From Octopus bimaculoides (taxonomy: Eukaryota), in contig NC_068989.1 in NCBI RefSeq assembly GCF_001194135.2, positions 80,172,403-80,207,940 on the forward strand: a stretch of DNA of 35,538 bases, written 5' to 3'. The notes beneath the pieces are model-generated. The model did not search any database. It had not been told where the DNA came from and saw only the letters and a program-made list of their open reading frames with translations. The translations under genes were made by a program, and so were the position numbers. Numbering within the stretch: the stretch's first letter is position 1; every line of letters starts with the position of its first letter. Below, piece by piece: positions 35,239 to 35,538 of the stretch.

Positions 35239-35538
35239 CCATCGGTATGAAAGCACCAATTATTGGTGGAGAACTTATTTAAAAGCTCATATATATTTAT
35301 AAATATAATTAAGGGATCAGCAAATATTTGCTTCACCATATACCGAAGTTCAGAAATAGCAGCTAAAAAAGCTGAGAATCCCACAGATAGCATCACTTGT
35401 AACTCACAAAGGCAAAAACAAGAAGAAAAAAACAATGAAAACTAACCAATTCCGATGTTTAACAGTAGACACGTTTCTAGATCATGATTGATAATAATCA
35501 ATTTCCTTCATCAGTACTGTATTCCAGTAGTAAATTTG
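35239..35538 (-). mobile_element. Penelope pLTR-like repeat (runs off the window end)
   Basis: Homologous to 22746-23080 and contains the hammerhead at 35462-35520. Confidence 0.75.
35462..35520 (-). ncRNA. Minimal type I hammerhead ribozyme, best-preserved copy
   Basis: Minus strand ACAGTA-CTGATGA-A-GGA-(inner hairpin ATTGAT/ATCAAT)-TCT-A-GAAAC-GT-GTC-TACTGT; perfect 6-bp stem I; GUC site at 35470-35468. Confidence 0.8.

Noticed and set aside
1-35538. CRISPR arrays, rRNA, true tRNA genes, prokaryotic operons
   Set aside because: No repeat-spacer periodicity or rRNA similarity; the tRNA-like boxes belong to SINE heads without full cloverleaves.

Overview
AT-rich, microsatellite-saturated, gap-riddled eukaryotic DNA. 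The tRNA-derived SINE families and (TA)/(CA)/(GATA) load look like an octopus/cephalopod draft genome (inference from recalled repeats, not a database hit). No host gene can be called confidently, and nearly all listed ORFs are microsatellite or N-gap artefacts. Transposon content: a full-length dead DD34D mariner (19125-20594) interrupted by a 192-bp solo-LTR-like insert with a 5-bp TSD, a truncated DD37E/TRT-like Tc1 relic, three RTE-clade LINE fragments, two MITEs and about a dozen SINE copies. The main signal the ORF track does not explain is a set of about nine minimal type I hammerhead ribozyme motifs (CUGANGA, stem II, GAAA, palindromic stem III, NUH, stem I) on both strands, in several unrelated repeat contexts. 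These match the hammerheads of Penelope-like element pseudo-LTRs and retrozymes. One family occurs twice: near-intact at 35462-35520, and as an inverted-plus-deleted pair at 22746-23080. All folds were done by eye and no activity is demonstrated.
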